From positions 16,254-80,253 of the forward strand of contig CACYHC010000003.1 in assembly GCA_902774145.1 (NCBI GenBank): a DNA stretch of 64,000 nt, given 5' to 3'. Source of the stretch: an uncultured Bacteroidia bacterium. GTDB taxonomy: Bacteria; Bacteroidota; Bacteroidia; Bacteroidales; UBA932. Both the position numbers and the translations under genes were made by a program. Below, piece after piece: positions 63,366 through 64,000 of the stretch. The notes below the pieces were generated by a model. The model worked only from the letters and a program-made list of their open reading frames with translations, did no database searches and had not been told where the DNA came from. Each line of letters starts with the position of its first letter. Within the stretch, counting starts at the first letter, position 1.

Positions 63366-64000
63366 ATGCAGAAAATCATTATCCTGGATTTCGGTTCCCA
63401 GGTCACGCAACTGATCGGCCGGCGCCTCAGGGAACTGAACGTCTATTGTGAAATCTATCCGTTCAACAAAGTCCCGGCGCTGGACGAAAGCGTCAAGGGC
63501 GTCATCCTGTCCGGAAGTCCCTGCTCCGTGCGCGACGCCAACGCCCCCCAGGTGGACCTTGGCCTGTTGCGCGGGAAGCGGCCGCTACTGGGCATCTGCT
63601 ACGGCGCCCAGTACCTGGCCCATACCTGCGGCGGAAAGGTAGAGGCCTCCGATACCCGCGAGTACGGGCGGGCGATCCTCCGCGTCGTGGCGGACTCTCC
63701 CCTGCTCAAGGGCGTCGGCAAGGAAACGCAGGTGTGGATGTCCCACGGGGATACCATTTCGGCCCTGCCGGAAGGCGCGGAGGTGATTGCCTCCACGGCC
63801 GACGTGACCAACGCCGCCTTCCAGTTTGCAGGGGAGCCGACTTTCGCCGTGCAGTTCCACCCGGAGGTATACCATACCGTCGAGGGCACGCAAATGCTTG
63901 CCAACTTTGCGCTGGATATCTGCGGCTGCAGCGGAGACTGGACCCCGGACTCGTTCATCGAGACAACGGTGGAGGACCTGCGGAAGCAGATCGGGCAGGA
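63366..64000 (+). CDS. guaA: GMP synthase (glutamine-hydrolysing), 5' part only
   Basis: Hand translation: [58 protein letters not shown]. Confidence 0.95.
   Translation, partial: MQKIIILDFGSQVTQLIGRRLRELNVYCEIYPFNKVPALDESVKGVILSGSPCSVRDANAPQVDLGLLRGKRPLLGICYGAQYLAHTCGGKVEASDTREYGRAILRVVADSPLLKGVGKETQVWMSHGDTISALPEGAEVIASTADVTNAAFQFAGEPTFAVQFHPEVYHTVEGTQMLANFALDICGCSGDWTPDSFIETTVEDLRKQIGQ

Overview
GC-rich Bacteroidota (Bacteroidales-like) chromosome segment; the lineage call rests on TAnnTTTG/TTTG promoters, a bat operon, a ParC-type topoisomerase and type V pilins. In order it holds: (1) a minus-strand moxR-DUF58-batABC-batDE operon running into a TerB-like/ABCG-type transporter, a lipoprotein, a motif-degenerate DAG-kinase-family gene and a Cache-domain sensor cut by the window start; (2) truA and a small beta-barrel-like gene; (3) a ~950 bp intergenic region with 50-bp palindromic doublets and an orphan promoter, followed by a Big2-BACON-transglutaminase lipoprotein; (4) minus-strand housekeeping genes (parC, era, rluB, tonB/exbD/exbB, recJ, ssb, trmH-family, lysS, dxs, MFS) with two embedded glycan-enzyme-like genes; (5) the tRNA-tuf-secE-nusG-rplKAJL-rpoBC cluster; (6) a DUF3575 plus six-lipoprotein type V pilus operon, one more lipoprotein, and the 5' part of guaA. 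I found no CRISPR array, transposase, integrase or reverse transcriptase. All family assignments come from motif reading, not database searches.
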